A stretch of DNA of 64,000 nucleotides, from the NCBI GenBank assembly GCA_963719315.1, contig CAVRBU010000004.1, positions 480,001 through 544,000 of the forward strand, read 5' to 3'. The DNA is from an uncultured Planctomycetota bacterium (GTDB lineage: Bacteria > Planctomycetota > Planctomycetia > Pirellulales > Lacipirellulaceae). Numbering within the stretch: the stretch's first letter is position 1; every line of letters begins with the position of its first letter. The notes beneath the pieces were generated by a model. The model was not told the DNA's origin and made no database searches. It saw only the letters and a list, made by a program, of their open reading frames with translations. A program made the translations under genes and the position numbers. This document shows, one piece after another, positions 32,594-43,370 of the stretch.

Positions 32594-33439
32594 ATGCGCA
32601 CGTGCATGTTCGCGCTCGGGTTGATGGTTGCGCTCTTTGCTGCGCAAGCCACTGCCCACGGGCCACAGATTCAAATTACCGTCGATGCGCTGGACAGCAA
32701 CCGAATTCTTACTCGCCGGCTCCTGCTCGAGGAGCCGTACTCTTCGGCGAATGGACTGATGTTGCGAACCTCGGTGTATGTGATGCCCACGCTTCCGGTT
32801 TCCTATCTGGGCCAAACGGTGTCGCGAGTGAAGCCAAGCGACACGCAAACATTCGGGCCGGGGTTCACGTACGGTTATGATCAGACGCTGGGCGGCGACC
32901 GGATATTCAAAGCGAACCTCAACCTGCATGTGGACGGGCTGCAGATTTGGGACGGCGGCGCGTTCGTGGCCACCGGTCCGGACAAGGAACAAATCGGCTT
33001 GCTGCAAAGCTCGTCGAATGTGAACGCCGACTTGGTGAAGACGACGGCCATCGGCGGCGATCTGCCGATTACGATCGCGGCTGGATACACGGCTGACGCC
33101 CATAGCAGCGTGCGTTACACGCTGCTAGGCGACGGAGTTGATCCGTATGCACCGAGTCGCGACGGCGTGTATTTGATGACGCTTCAATTAAGCGGCACGC
33201 AAACGACGCCGAGCCTGGCATCGTCGGCTCCGTTTTATTACATCCTCGGCAAGAACGTAGCGACGAACGATTTGACGGCGGTCGTTAACAGCTTTACAGC
33301 GAGTCATGGGATCGATTCCATCCTGGTTCAGTACGCAGCCAACGTGGTGCCGGAACCGGGCACGCTTGTGCTCGTCGCGATAAGCTTGCTGGAGATTTCC
33401 GCGCTCCTGCGCAGGCGGCCCAGGGGAGGTATCTCGTGA
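32594..33439 (+). CDS. PEP-CTERM protein
   Basis: Signal peptide ending [34 protein letters not shown]. Confidence 0.85.
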   Translation: MRTCMFALGLMVALFAAQATAHGPQIQITVDALDSNRILTRRLLLEEPYSSANGLMLRTSVYVMPTLPVSYLGQTVSRVKPSDTQTFGPGFTYGYDQTLGGDRIFKANLNLHVDGLQIWDGGAFVATGPDKEQIGLLQSSSNVNADLVKTTAIGGDLPITIAAGYTADAHSSVRYTLLGDGVDPYAPSRDGVYLMTLQLSGTQTTPSLASSAPFYYILGKNVATNDLTAVVNSFTASHGIDSILVQYAANVVPEPGTLVLVAISLLEISALLRRRPRGGIS

Positions 33440-34164
33440 ACGAGCGGCGAAACGCAATGACGCTCGTCGAGTTGCTGGTGGTCATCGCGATCATTGGCAT
33501 GCTCGTGGCGCTCTTGTTGCCGGCGGTGCAAGCCGCACGTGAGGCGGCCCGGGCGGCCTCATGCAAAAACAATATGAAGCAGATCGGGCTGGCCGTGCTG
33601 CAGTTTTGTGATCTGCACAAAGGCGAGTTTCCCGAGTGGTACCACGCCACACACTACGCCGGCGAAGCGGAAGGCAAATATAGCTGGATTTACACGCTCG
33701 CCCCACACTTGGAAAGCGTCGACGCGATCCGCATTTGCCCGGATGATTTTTTGCTTCCGGAGCGGCAGATCGTCAACGGCACGAGTTACGTGGTCAGCGA
33801 TTACCTGGCGGCGGACGACGTGCCCGGTCACGTGCGAAACATCAACAAGCTGCAAGGCACAAGTCACACAATGGTGGTGTTCGAAGCCGCCGACAAGCGC
33901 GAGCGAAATCCCTACACGTATCGGGAGGACCGGCGGATGCTGTACGCCGAGCCGCAATTCGATCATGCGCATGCTTCGGGTTGGTTTTCCAAATCGAATG
34001 TGGAAGATGGCCTAGTGCGAAACGCCGTAAAGGCGGATATCCAGCCCGATCGTCACGAGGGCACCGCGCATTACTTATACGTCGACGGACATGTGGACGT
34101 CATCGCAGCAACGCAAATCGACGAGTGGATCGATCGGGGATTCAACTTCGCGGAGCCGCAGTAG
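33436..34164 (+). CDS. DUF1559 prepilin-type N-terminal cleavage/methylation protein with H-X9-DG C-terminus
   Basis: [33 protein letters not shown]...[26 protein letters not shown]. Confidence 0.92.
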   Translation: MNERRNAMTLVELLVVIAIIGMLVALLLPAVQAAREAARAASCKNNMKQIGLAVLQFCDLHKGEFPEWYHATHYAGEAEGKYSWIYTLAPHLESVDAIRICPDDFLLPERQIVNGTSYVVSDYLAADDVPGHVRNINKLQGTSHTMVVFEAADKRERNPYTYREDRRMLYAEPQFDHAHASGWFSKSNVEDGLVRNAVKADIQPDRHEGTAHYLYVDGHVDVIAATQIDEWIDRGFNFAEPQ

Positions 34165-34181
34165 CGAAAGTAAAACGAGGG

Positions 34182-34257
34182 CCTCACGCAAAGGCGCGTC
34201 AGCGCAAGTGCGCGGAACTAATCTTTGCGCCTCAGCGCCTTAGCGCCTTTGCGTGAG
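34182..34257. repeat. Intergenic palindromic repeat
   Basis: CTCACGCAAAGGCGC ... GCGCCTTTGCGTGAG. Confidence 0.75.
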
Positions 34258-34298
34258 ACCATTCCTTGGAATGGGATCATTACAAGCGAGAATCGATC

Positions 34299-35297
34299 AT
34301 GAGAATCGTCAAGTTATTGCTTTGTGTTTCGATTTCGCTGTCGTCCGTTAAGACTACGTTGGGGCATGGGCACCCAATTACTGTCACGACGGCGGAAAAT
34401 CGACTCGTGGTGAGCGGAGGCGTAGCGGGGGAAGACGACGGGTACGTCGACAACGTCTTCGTAGAAACCGATAGCGCCGGCGACCCGCAGGATTTTGCGG
34501 AGTTCGCCAACTTCGGTCCCGGCATCTATTGGATCGTTCCTGGATTCGAAATATCCGGCCTCGCCGAAAACAGCGGGCTGTACTTGCAGACGGTTGCACG
34601 ACCTGCGAGGGATACGAACCCAGTCGAGTCGCGCGTGCTGTGGTATTGGGATCCGAACTCAATTCAGACCGATAAAGTCGAGGTAGCGCCTGAAACAAGC
34701 CGGATGCAACTCCGCCACAGCGCAACCGTAAATACGTTGTTGACTCCCACGACATCGGTCGCTCCATCTGCGATCAAGTTCGCCGACCCTGTCGTGGCGG
34801 ACATGAACTATCACAACCACGATTTGTTGAAATACGTGCTGCCGGCGCCATTGCCGCCCGACGGGGCGTATGCTTTCTTCGCGCGATTAACGTCGGACGT
34901 TTATGCGCCGTCCGATCCATTTCTGGTGGTGATCAACAACGGTGGACTGGATAGCATGCAAATGCTCGATGCCGCGGCAGCGATTAATCGAGAAGCGCTT
35001 TTGGCCGGCGACTACAACCACGACGACGTTGTGGACGCGGCTGATTACGTGCTGTGGCGTAATTCGCTTAACTCGGCAAGCCAATTAGCCGCCGATGGTT
35101 CCGGCAACGGGCTTGTGGACACAGCCGACTTTGACGTGTGGCGAAGTAATTTTGGCCTCACTTTTGCCGGCGGCCCGGCGGGCGTCGGTGCTGGGCAAGC
35201 GGCGCCAGAGCCGGCGGCCCTCACTTTGGTTTTATTCTCTTCTGGATATTATTTCGGCGCCGGCAGATGGCGGCGAAAACTTGCCGGCCGCTGCTGA
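34299..35297 (+). CDS. PEP-CTERM-like protein with dockerin-like domain
   Basis: Signal peptide then HGHPITV; GDYNHDDVVDAADYVLWRN; APEPAALTLVLF. Confidence 0.8.
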   Translation: MRIVKLLLCVSISLSSVKTTLGHGHPITVTTAENRLVVSGGVAGEDDGYVDNVFVETDSAGDPQDFAEFANFGPGIYWIVPGFEISGLAENSGLYLQTVARPARDTNPVESRVLWYWDPNSIQTDKVEVAPETSRMQLRHSATVNTLLTPTTSVAPSAIKFADPVVADMNYHNHDLLKYVLPAPLPPDGAYAFFARLTSDVYAPSDPFLVVINNGGLDSMQMLDAAAAINREALLAGDYNHDDVVDAADYVLWRNSLNSASQLAADGSGNGLVDTADFDVWRSNFGLTFAGGPAGVGAGQAAPEPAALTLVLFSSGYYFGAGRWRRKLAGRC

Positions 35298-35688
35298 TTG
35301 CCACGAACGCGCTCCCTGCAATGAGATGCGGCCACAATAGGTGTGCATGGCACCTCCGAGTGTCGCTTTTTGCAAGGATTGTCCGGAAAATCGCTTCTCC
35401 AGGGAATGATGCCGAAACGATTCGCGGGTTGACACTAGCATTAGTGAGGGATACCCTTAAGGATTCGCCAGCGACTTTAAGTAATGTTGGCGCAACAAGT
35501 TTCGTTCGCCGCGGTGGGCCGTCGCTCTGCGTTGGCAGTGCGGATAGGGATTTTACACCCTGGGGGCGACGGTTTTGTGCGGCGGCGAAACCAGATCGTG
35601 TCAGGCTAATGCCTGACCTACAACTCGAAAAACTCGAAAAACTTGATTTGCCTGCGCGACGGGCGGAATTGGTCGCGGGAAAGTTGCC

Positions 35689-37093
35689 ATGAATCCCCAG
35701 GAAATTTTGAGAATCGTCGATGCGATCCACCGCGACAAGAACATCGACAAGGAAATCGTATTCGAGGGGATCGAGGCTGCGCTAGTTTCTGCCGCCAAGA
35801 AGCACTACGGCGAGGAAGCCGACATCGTCGTGAAAATCGACCGCGAAGACGGCTCGATTCGTGCCACGCACGAAGGCCGCGAGCTCGACTCGGAAGAGAC
35901 GGTCGGCCGCATTGGCGCACAGACCGCCAAGCAGGTGATGATCCAGAAGATTCGCGAGGCCGAGCGCGACGCTCTGTACGACGAATACAACGAACTGGTC
36001 GGCCACATGGTGAGCGGCGTCATTCAACGCTATGAAGGCGGCGCGGCGACCGTTCAATTGTCGAACGTCGAAGCCATTTTGCCGCGCGGCGAACAGATCC
36101 CCGGCGAAACGCATCACGTGAATGAGCGCGTCCGGACGACGGTGTTCGAAGTCCGCAAAGCGGGCAGCCGGGTGAAAGTAATTTTGAGCCGCGCCCGGCC
36201 ACAGCTCGTGCAACGCTTGTTCGAGCAAGAGATACCGGAAATCGCGGACGGCGTGATTCAAATTCGCGCGATGGCTCGCGAGCCCGGCTATCGCTCGAAG
36301 GTGGCCGTCTCCAGCAGCGATCCGCGCGTGGATTGCGTCGGCGCCTGCGTCGGAGTCCGCGGCAATCGAATCAAGAATATCGTGGATGAGTTGGCGGGCG
36401 AGCGGATCGATATCGTTCGCTGGGACGAAAACCTCGAAGTGCTGATTCCCAACTCGCTGCAACCGGCGGAGGTCGAGCAGGTCATTCTCTGCAAGATGCT
36501 GGGCCGCGGAATCGTGCTGGTACGCGAGGATCAACTGTCGCTGGCGATCGGCCGGCGCGGCCAGAACGTGCGGTTGGCGAGCAAGCTTTCGGGCTGGGAC
36601 ATCGAGATCATGACGCAGGAAGAATTGGCCCAAGCGATCGAACGCGCGGTCGAAGGCTTCAGTTCGCTCACGGGCGTGGAAGATGAGCTGGCGAATCGCC
36701 TCGTCGAGGAGGGCTTCCTCAGCTACGACGACCTGTCGATTATCGAGCCCGATGCGCTGATGGCGATGGGTGGGCTCAGCGAAGAAGATACCAATGTGAT
36801 CATCGAACAGGCCGAGGTCCGCGCCGACACAGGCCGAGGCGGTAGCCGCCGAAGCACGCCGCCAGAAGCGCGAACAGGAACGGCTTTCGGAATTGGCGGC
36901 CGAGGCCGGTTTGAAGCTCGCGCCGCTGGAGGATGAAGCACTCGATGCAGGTGCGTCCGCGGAAGAGGCCGAAGGAACCGCCGAGGAGGAAATCGGCGAA
37001 GAGTCGGGTGAAGCGGATTCTGGCGAAGCAGATGCCGAGGCGAATGGCGCGGCCGACAACTCGGCCGAAACACCCACGGAGAGCACAACCTAA
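35689..37093 (+). CDS. nusA: Transcription termination factor NusA (apparent frameshift near 36830)
   Basis: [55 protein letters not shown]; acidic tail. Confidence 0.95.
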
Positions 37094-37119
37094 TCATACT
37101 ACATCCGGCGAGCCGAGCC

Positions 37120-37220
37120 GGAGAATGAAAGACGAATTTCCTAATGGCAATATGGCGAATGAAGGACGATCGGGAGCCGCATTGGCTCGCTCCATTCGTC
37201 ATTCCGCCATTTGCCATTTA
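37120..37220. repeat. Degenerate heptamer inverted repeat between nusA and infB
   Basis: AATGGCAATATGGCGAATGA ... CATTCGTCATTCCGCCATTTGCCATT. Confidence 0.6.
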
Positions 37221-37315
37221 GACATTCCCCGGCGCCGCTCGGCTGGCGGCGCCAAATTACGGAGAAATTACATCATGGTCGGGTAATCGATTCGCGCACG
37301 AAACGGAGATAACTC

Positions 37316-40096
37316 TTGGCGGTACGCATTTACGCATTAGCGAAAGAGCTGAAATTTGACAGCAAGGAACTGGTCGATATTTGCACGAAGGCCGGCGTCC
37401 CGGGCAAGGGGTCTGCGCTTGCGAGCCTGACCGAAGAAGAAGTCGAGAAGGTCAAACAGTTCCTCAAAGGTGGCGGCACAGCCAAGGCGAGGCCGGCGAA
37501 ACCGGGGCCAGTGGCTCCGCAGCGACCGAGCGAGCCGGCGCGAGTCGGCAAGATGCCGGTCATTGTCACGCCGAAGCCGTCTGCTCCGACGACTCGATCC
37601 AAGGCGGCTGAGCTAGCCGAGCCGGCCGATCAACCCGAGCCGGCGGAATCGACATTGGCCGCTACGGCCGTGGCAACGGAAGCCGCCATGGAGACGGAAG
37701 TCTCGCGCCGCCCCGGCCCGCTCGCAGGCGCTATGGGCCGCGAGAAATACATCGGCCCAGGAACGGTGAGCGGCAAAGTGCCCGTCGTGGGCGCCGAAAG
37801 CAGAGCCACCGATCGGAAGAAGCTCGACGGCGTGGGCGAGCGGGCCCGACCGGCCGTTAAGCTCGCGCCGATGCCGAAGACCCGTCAGCCGAGTTCTCAA
37901 CCCGTCGCCAACGAGCCACCGGCCCAGAAGCCCGACCTGCGACTGCCGGCCGATTTGCTCGGCGCGGGGAAGCAGGGCAGCAAACCGCTGGCCGCCCACT
38001 TGAAGCGTCACGAGCGCACGCTGGAAGAAGAAAAAAAACAGCGTGGCGCAAAGGGTCTGCGAGCGCCGGGGGTGCCCCTCGCTCCCGTGAGCACCGAGGA
38101 AGAGGAACGCCGCAACAAAGGCAAGCATCGCGGCCGAGGCAAAGAAGGGACTACCGAAGACGAAGATCGCCCGCTGCTGGGCGGTCGCGAGCAGCGGCAA
38201 CTTGCGCGGCGGCGCAGCCCGGGATCGGTCGATTCCGACGAAACCCCGCATCGAAGATTGGGCCGACGGCCACGCCGAGTTCCAACCGGCGCCAGCACCG
38301 CGGCCCCGCGCAAGGAACGCGTCACGATTCAATTGCCGTGCAAGGTGCGCGAGCTTTCGGAAGCGGCCGGCGTGCCGGTCAGCGAAATTCTGCGGATTCT
38401 CATGAACGAAGGCGTGGTGACGACGATCGCCTCCATCATGGATCCGGAAATGACGGAGCTCGTGGCCGCGGAGCTCGGCATCAATATCGAATTCAAGCAG
38501 GCCGTAAGCTTGGAAGATCAGATGCTGGCCGATCTGGCGCCGCAAGATGAGGACCCGGCCAATCTGGTCGAGCGGCCACCCGTAGTCACGTTCTTGGGTC
38601 ACGTCGATCACGGCAAAACATCTCTGTTGGATCGGATCATCGGCATCGACGTGGTGAGTGGCGAAAGCGGCGGCATCACGCAGCACATCCGCGCCTATTC
38701 GATTGAGAAAAACGGCAAGCGGATCTCGTTCGTCGATACGCCGGGGCACGAAGCCTTCACCGAGATGCGAGCTCGCGGCGCCAATGTGACGGATATTGCC
38801 GTGCTGGTCGTTGCGGCCGACGACGGCGTCATGCCGCAAACCGAAGAGGCGATCAGCCACGCCCGGGCCGCCGAGGTGCCGATCGTCGTCGCGCTAAACA
38901 AGATCGATCTGCCGGGCATCAATCTGGAACGCGTGTATACGGGGCTGAGCACCAACGAGCTGCAACCCACGGAATGGGGTGGTGAAATCGAAGTCGTGAA
39001 GACGAGCGCCACGAAAGGCACGGGGATCGACGAGCTCTTAGAAATGCTTCTCACCGTCGCCGAGCTCCACGAGTACAAAGCCAATCCGAACCGGCCCGCT
39101 ATCGGCACGTGCCTCGAAGCGTTACAGGATTCCGAGCGGGGCATCGTGGCCAAGTTGTTGGTGCAAACCGGCACGATGCGTGTCGGCGATGTCGTGGTCT
39201 GCGGGGATGCCTATGGCCGCGTCAAAGCCATGTACGACACGCTCGATCCGGATCGCCGCATCGAAGAGGCGGGCCCCAGCATTCCGGTGAATATCACCGG
39301 TTTTGATACGGCTCCTAGTGCGGGCAGTCGATTCTACGTTCTCGACAACATTGCCATGGCCCGGGAAATCGCCCAATCCCGCTCTCAGTACGAACGATCG
39401 GCGTCGCTCGGCGAGACAGGCTATCAGCACGTTACGCTGGAAAGTTTGTTCGATCGCCTGGACCACTCCAGCGAGGTTCAGACACTCAACATCATTCTCC
39501 GGGCCGATGTCCGCGGCTCGATTGAAGCGATCCAAAAAGAGCTGGCGAAGCTCGATCACCCGGAAGTGAAGGTCAAGCTGCTGCAAAAAAGCGTCGGCGG
39601 CATCACCGAGGCCGACGTCACGCTGGCCCACGCGTCGGACGCGATCATCATCGGCTTCAACGTGGTCCCCGACGAAAAAGCCCGGGCCATGGCGGACAAA
39701 ACCGGCGTGCAGATTCGCCGATACAATGTGATCTACAAGATTACCGACGACTTGAAACTCTCGCTCGAGGGGATGCTCAAACCGGAAGAGCGCGAGGTCG
39801 AACAAGGCCGCGTGCTGGTGCAGCAAGTGTTCAAGATCAGCCGGGTCGGCACCGTGGCGGGTTGCCGCGTGTTGGCCGGTGTCGTGGAGCGCAACAGCCG
39901 GGCCCGCGTCATCCGCGACAGCACGATCATCGGCGATTACGCCTTGGACACGCTTCGCCGCGAGAAGGACGATGCCAAGGAAGTCCGCGAAGGGTACGAG
40001 TGCGGCATCAAGCTGGCCGGCTTCAACGACATCAAGGAAGGTGATTTGTTCGAGATTTACAAGGTAGAAGAAATCCAGCGGAAGTTCGAGAGTTAA
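37316..40096 (+). CDS. infB: Translation initiation factor IF-2 (TTG start)
   Basis: RPPVVTFLGHVDHGKTSLLD, GGITQHI, DTPGHEAFTEMRARGA, EVREGYECGI. Confidence 0.98.
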   Translation: MAVRIYALAKELKFDSKELVDICTKAGVPGKGSALASLTEEEVEKVKQFLKGGGTAKARPAKPGPVAPQRPSEPARVGKMPVIVTPKPSAPTTRSKAAELAEPADQPEPAESTLAATAVATEAAMETEVSRRPGPLAGAMGREKYIGPGTVSGKVPVVGAESRATDRKKLDGVGERARPAVKLAPMPKTRQPSSQPVANEPPAQKPDLRLPADLLGAGKQGSKPLAAHLKRHERTLEEEKKQRGAKGLRAPGVPLAPVSTEEEERRNKGKHRGRGKEGTTEDEDRPLLGGREQRQLARRRSPGSVDSDETPHRRLGRRPRRVPTGASTAAPRKERVTIQLPCKVRELSEAAGVPVSEILRILMNEGVVTTIASIMDPEMTELVAAELGINIEFKQAVSLEDQMLADLAPQDEDPANLVERPPVVTFLGHVDHGKTSLLDRIIGIDVVSGESGGITQHIRAYSIEKNGKRISFVDTPGHEAFTEMRARGANVTDIAVLVVAADDGVMPQTEEAISHARAAEVPIVVALNKIDLPGINLERVYTGLSTNELQPTEWGGEIEVVKTSATKGTGIDELLEMLLTVAELHEYKANPNRPAIGTCLEALQDSERGIVAKLLVQTGTMRVGDVVVCGDAYGRVKAMYDTLDPDRRIEEAGPSIPVNITGFDTAPSAGSRFYVLDNIAMAREIAQSRSQYERSASLGETGYQHVTLESLFDRLDHSSEVQTLNIILRADVRGSIEAIQKELAKLDHPEVKVKLLQKSVGGITEADVTLAHASDAIIIGFNVVPDEKARAMADKTGVQIRRYNVIYKITDDLKLSLEGMLKPEEREVEQGRVLVQQVFKISRVGTVAGCRVLAGVVERNSRARVIRDSTIIGDYALDTLRREKDDAKEVREGYECGIKLAGFNDIKEGDLFEIYKVEEIQRKFES

Positions 40097-40194
40097 TGAG
40101 TGGAGTAGTGAGCCGTGGAATCGTGGAGTAGGGTCGGATGCCCGTCGTTCGATTACTCCCCTACTCCGCTGTCCCACTACTTCGCTTCCCCACC

Positions 40195-40611
40195 ATGTCC
40201 TCCCGTCGCGTCCTCAAAGCCGCCGAAGCAATTCGCGAAGTGGTCAGCATGGCCATTCTCACCGACTTGCGCGATCCGCGCGTCGAAGGCGTGACGGTTA
40301 CGTATGTCGAGGTTTCGCCCGATATGCGGCAGGCCAAGGTGCACGTGTCGATCATGGGCAACGAAACGCAGCAGAAGCTATGTTTGCATGGACTGAAGAA
40401 CTCGGCCGGCTACCTGCAAAGCAAGATTTCCGATCGCATCGACACGCGCTACACGCCCCGTCTGCAATTCATGTTGGACGAAGGAGTGAAGAAATCGCTG
40501 GCGATCAGCCGGATGCTCAGCGAATTACTGCCGGATACGGATTCGCCGCCGGAGAATCAGGCGGCCGAAGTTGCGGCGGATGACGAAGAAGATGCCGAGC
40601 AACTAGAGTAG
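40195..40611 (+). CDS. rbfA: Ribosome-binding factor A
   Basis: DLRDPRV...[15 protein letters not shown]...RYTPRLQF; follows infB. Confidence 0.95.
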   Translation: MSSRRVLKAAEAIREVVSMAILTDLRDPRVEGVTVTYVEVSPDMRQAKVHVSIMGNETQQKLCLHGLKNSAGYLQSKISDRIDTRYTPRLQFMLDEGVKKSLAISRMLSELLPDTDSPPENQAAEVAADDEEDAEQLE

Positions 40612-40712
40612 AGTGAGCGCCGCCCACCGAAACAAGTCATCACGGCGGGAAGTGCCCAGCCTACTGCTACGCTACCTACCCACAACCGACCCACCACATC
40701 GATCAGGAACCA

Positions 40713-41669
40713 ATGGCCACTCCCAATCGTTCCGCTCTCATCAACCGCACGCTCAAGGTGCTGAGAAAGCACTTCAAGCCGGTATCGCCGCCGAAAGATC
40801 GCACGCTGTTCGAGCACCTGGTGTACGCATGCCTGCTGGAGGACTCGCCGGCCGAATCGGCGGAGCAAGTTTTCAATACGCTGAAGCAGGAATACTTCGG
40901 CTGGAACGAAGTTCGCGTGAGCACGATTCGAGAGCTCACCGATGCGCTCAAGCCGCTCGTGAATCCGGCGGAATCGGCTTCGCGGCTCAAGCAAACGCTG
41001 CACAGCGTCTTCGAATCGGTGTATGAGTTCGACATCGAAACGTTCAAGAAGCAGAACATAGGGCAGGCGGCCAAACATTTGCAAAAATACAACGGCACAA
41101 CGGGCTTCGCCGTGGCTTATGTCACGCAGCACGCGTTGGGCGGGCATTCGATTCCGCTCAATCGCGGCGCGATGATCACGCTGCATACGGTCGGGGTCAT
41201 CTCCGACGACGAGTTCAAGAAAAGCGTCGTTCCGGGGTTGGAGCGTGCCGTCAGCAAAAGCAAAGGGGTTGAGGTCGCCTCGCTGCTGCATCAGTTGGGT
41301 GTCGAGGTTGGCCGCAATCCTTACGGTCCGGCCGCCCGCAAACTAATGTTGGAAATCGATCCGGGCGCCAAAGACCGTTTGCCGAAACGTCCGGCGCCAA
41401 AGCCGGAGCCGCCGCCGGAGCCGCCCAAGCCTCCCCAGCCGACAGCGGCGGAGGCCAAACGCGCCGCCGCCGAGGCCAAGAAGAAAGCCGCCGCGGCCAA
41501 GAAAGCACCGCCGCCGAAACCTGAAACCAAGAAAGCGGCCGCGAAAAAACCACCGACGAAGAAACCCATGGTGGTGAAGAAATCGGCGCCAAAGCCCGAA
41601 AAGCGAACGACCAAAAAGGGCACGAAGCGGCCGACCACGCGAAAGCTGGTAAAGCGAAAACCGCGGTAA
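40713..41669 (+). CDS. Endonuclease III/HhH-GPD-like fold protein with Lys/Ala/Pro-rich histone H1-like tail
   Basis: EHLVYACLLE...GWNEVRVSTIREL; tail AKKKAAAAKKAPPPKPETKKAAAKKPPTKK. Confidence 0.6.
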   Translation: MATPNRSALINRTLKVLRKHFKPVSPPKDRTLFEHLVYACLLEDSPAESAEQVFNTLKQEYFGWNEVRVSTIRELTDALKPLVNPAESASRLKQTLHSVFESVYEFDIETFKKQNIGQAAKHLQKYNGTTGFAVAYVTQHALGGHSIPLNRGAMITLHTVGVISDDEFKKSVVPGLERAVSKSKGVEVASLLHQLGVEVGRNPYGPAARKLMLEIDPGAKDRLPKRPAPKPEPPPEPPKPPQPTAAEAKRAAAEAKKKAAAAKKAPPPKPETKKAAAKKPPTKKPMVVKKSAPKPEKRTTKKGTKRPTTRKLVKRKPR

Positions 41670-41709
41670 TCCCCCGATCCCTGAACTCTGATTCTCGATA
41701 CTCTTCGAC

Positions 41710-42468
41710 ATGGCTGGACATTCACACTGGGCCAACATTGCCCATAAGAAGTCACTCATCGACAGCAAGCGCGGCAAGCTGTGGAGCAAGCTCTCCAAAG
41801 CGATCATCGTCGCGGCTAAGTCGGGAGGCGGCGACCCGAACCAGAATCTGCGACTGCGGTACGCCATCATCGACGCCAAAGCCGGCAATATGCCCAAGGA
41901 CACGATCGACCGGGCGATCAAGAAGGGGACCGGCGAAATGGAAGGCGTGAACTTCGAGGAAATTCTGTATGAGGGCTACGGCCCGAACGGCGTTGCCATT
42001 CTGTGCGACATCCTTACCGACAATCGCAACCGCACGGCCGGCGAGGTTCGCAAACTGTTCGAAATCGCCGGTGGAAATCTGGGAGCCTCCGGCTGCGTCG
42101 CCTGGATGTTCGACCGCAAGGGATTGCTCTCGATTCCGGCCGATCAGACCGATGAAGAATCGCTGATGGAGTTGGCGTTGGAGGCCGGGGCCGACGATGT
42201 CCGCCACGAGGGCGCGAACTTCGACGTTACTTGCAATCCCGAGGCTTATTCCAGCGTTTGCGATGCGATCGACGCCGCAGGCCTCAAGACCGAGGTGCGG
42301 CAAATCACGCGGATTCCGAAGGACACGATCGAGCTCGACCCCTCCGCGGCCGGCAGCGTACTGAAGCTGATGGAAGCTCTCGACGACCACGAAGACGTGC
42401 AAAACGTGTCGGCCAATTTCAGTATTTCGGACGAAGCGCTGGCGGCTATCGAGTCAGGACAAAATTGA
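41710..42468 (+). CDS. yebC: YebC/PmpR family protein
   Basis: MAGHSHWANIAHKK, NMPKDTIDRAIKKG, YEGYGPNG, TDNRNRT. Confidence 0.96.
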   Translation: MAGHSHWANIAHKKSLIDSKRGKLWSKLSKAIIVAAKSGGGDPNQNLRLRYAIIDAKAGNMPKDTIDRAIKKGTGEMEGVNFEEILYEGYGPNGVAILCDILTDNRNRTAGEVRKLFEIAGGNLGASGCVAWMFDRKGLLSIPADQTDEESLMELALEAGADDVRHEGANFDVTCNPEAYSSVCDAIDAAGLKTEVRQITRIPKDTIELDPSAAGSVLKLMEALDDHEDVQNVSANFSISDEALAAIESGQN

Positions 42469-42740
42469 TCGCGCGGCGACCAGCGCGGCCCTCGCCTGAA
42501 CGGACGAAAGACCACGCGCGCTCTTAATTTAGCTGAATTACGCACTCTTTACTGCGGCAAATCGCCACAATTGCAGACGCGACAAATCGGCACAAGGTTT
42601 GCCAATCTGACATAGCATCGAGTCGCTTGTGCTTCTCGACTTGGCTGCTTGGCGATGCTTCCGATCCACCATTGACTGCGTAGCCACCGCGGCAGTGTCA
42701 TCACGCCGCTGATCCTGTGTTCCAGAGAGAGGGGAAAATC

Positions 42741-42938
42741 ATGTTGAATCGAATTGGCGTTCGATACGCCGGACTAAGTATCGGCGCGATTGTTGTCGGC
42801 ACGTGTTTAGGTCTGTTGGCGCTCGGCGGATGTGAAAGGAAAGAGCGCGTCGTGGATGTGAAGACACCGATCGGCGACGTAAAGGTGGACAAGAACGTGG
42901 ACAACGGCGACGTTGACGTGAAGGTCGATAGAGAATAA
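42741..42938 (+). CDS. Small putative lipoprotein
   Basis: LALGGCERKERVVDVKTP. Confidence 0.55.
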   Translation: MLNRIGVRYAGLSIGAIVVGTCLGLLALGGCERKERVVDVKTPIGDVKVDKNVDNGDVDVKVDRE

Positions 42939-43012
42939 TTCTGCCAACGGGCCAATAATCGAGTATTAAACTGCCAACAAATAACATCACACTAAAAGGA
43001 CCGAGCACCTCA

Positions 43013-43165
43013 ATGTACACAATCCTGTTAATAATTCTGATCTTGTTATTGCTGGGAGCGATTCCGGCGTGGCCCCATAGCCGCGGTTGGGGTTATGGCC
43101 CGAGCGGCGGCTTGGGTTTGATTGTGATCATCCTGATCGTCTTGCTATTGATGGGCAGGATATAA
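43013..43165 (+). CDS. DUF3309 family small membrane protein (50 aa, below the ORF-track cutoff)
   Basis: Hand translation MYTILLIILILLLLGAIPAWPHSRGWGYGPSGGLGLIVIILIVLLLMGRI; AAGGA RBS. Confidence 0.9.
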   Translation: MYTILLIILILLLLGAIPAWPHSRGWGYGPSGGLGLIVIILIVLLLMGRI

Positions 43166-43370
43166 ATCGCAAACGTATCGAAGCCCACGCATGCGGATGG
43201 CGCGTGCGAAAGGAAAAGTGAATAACGAGCGAGCGCTTTATTAAGATGCGCTCGCTCTTTTTATTGCGATCAAGTCGGATAAGCAGCGAGCAATAAGGCG
43301 TGTCTTGCGGCCGCTGCGGGCTTCGATCAGACTCTGGGGGAAGTCAGGCCATTGAAAGCAGAAGTGAACC

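Noticed and set aside
35500..35600. tRNA or other ncRNA upstream of nusA
   Set aside because: A hairpin (GCCGTCGC...GCGACGGT) is present but there is no cloverleaf, T-loop or CCA; no rimP ORF recognised either
36820..36850. Programmed frameshift in nusA (likewise proS near 49665)
   Set aside because: No slippery heptamer; matches the window-wide indel error pattern
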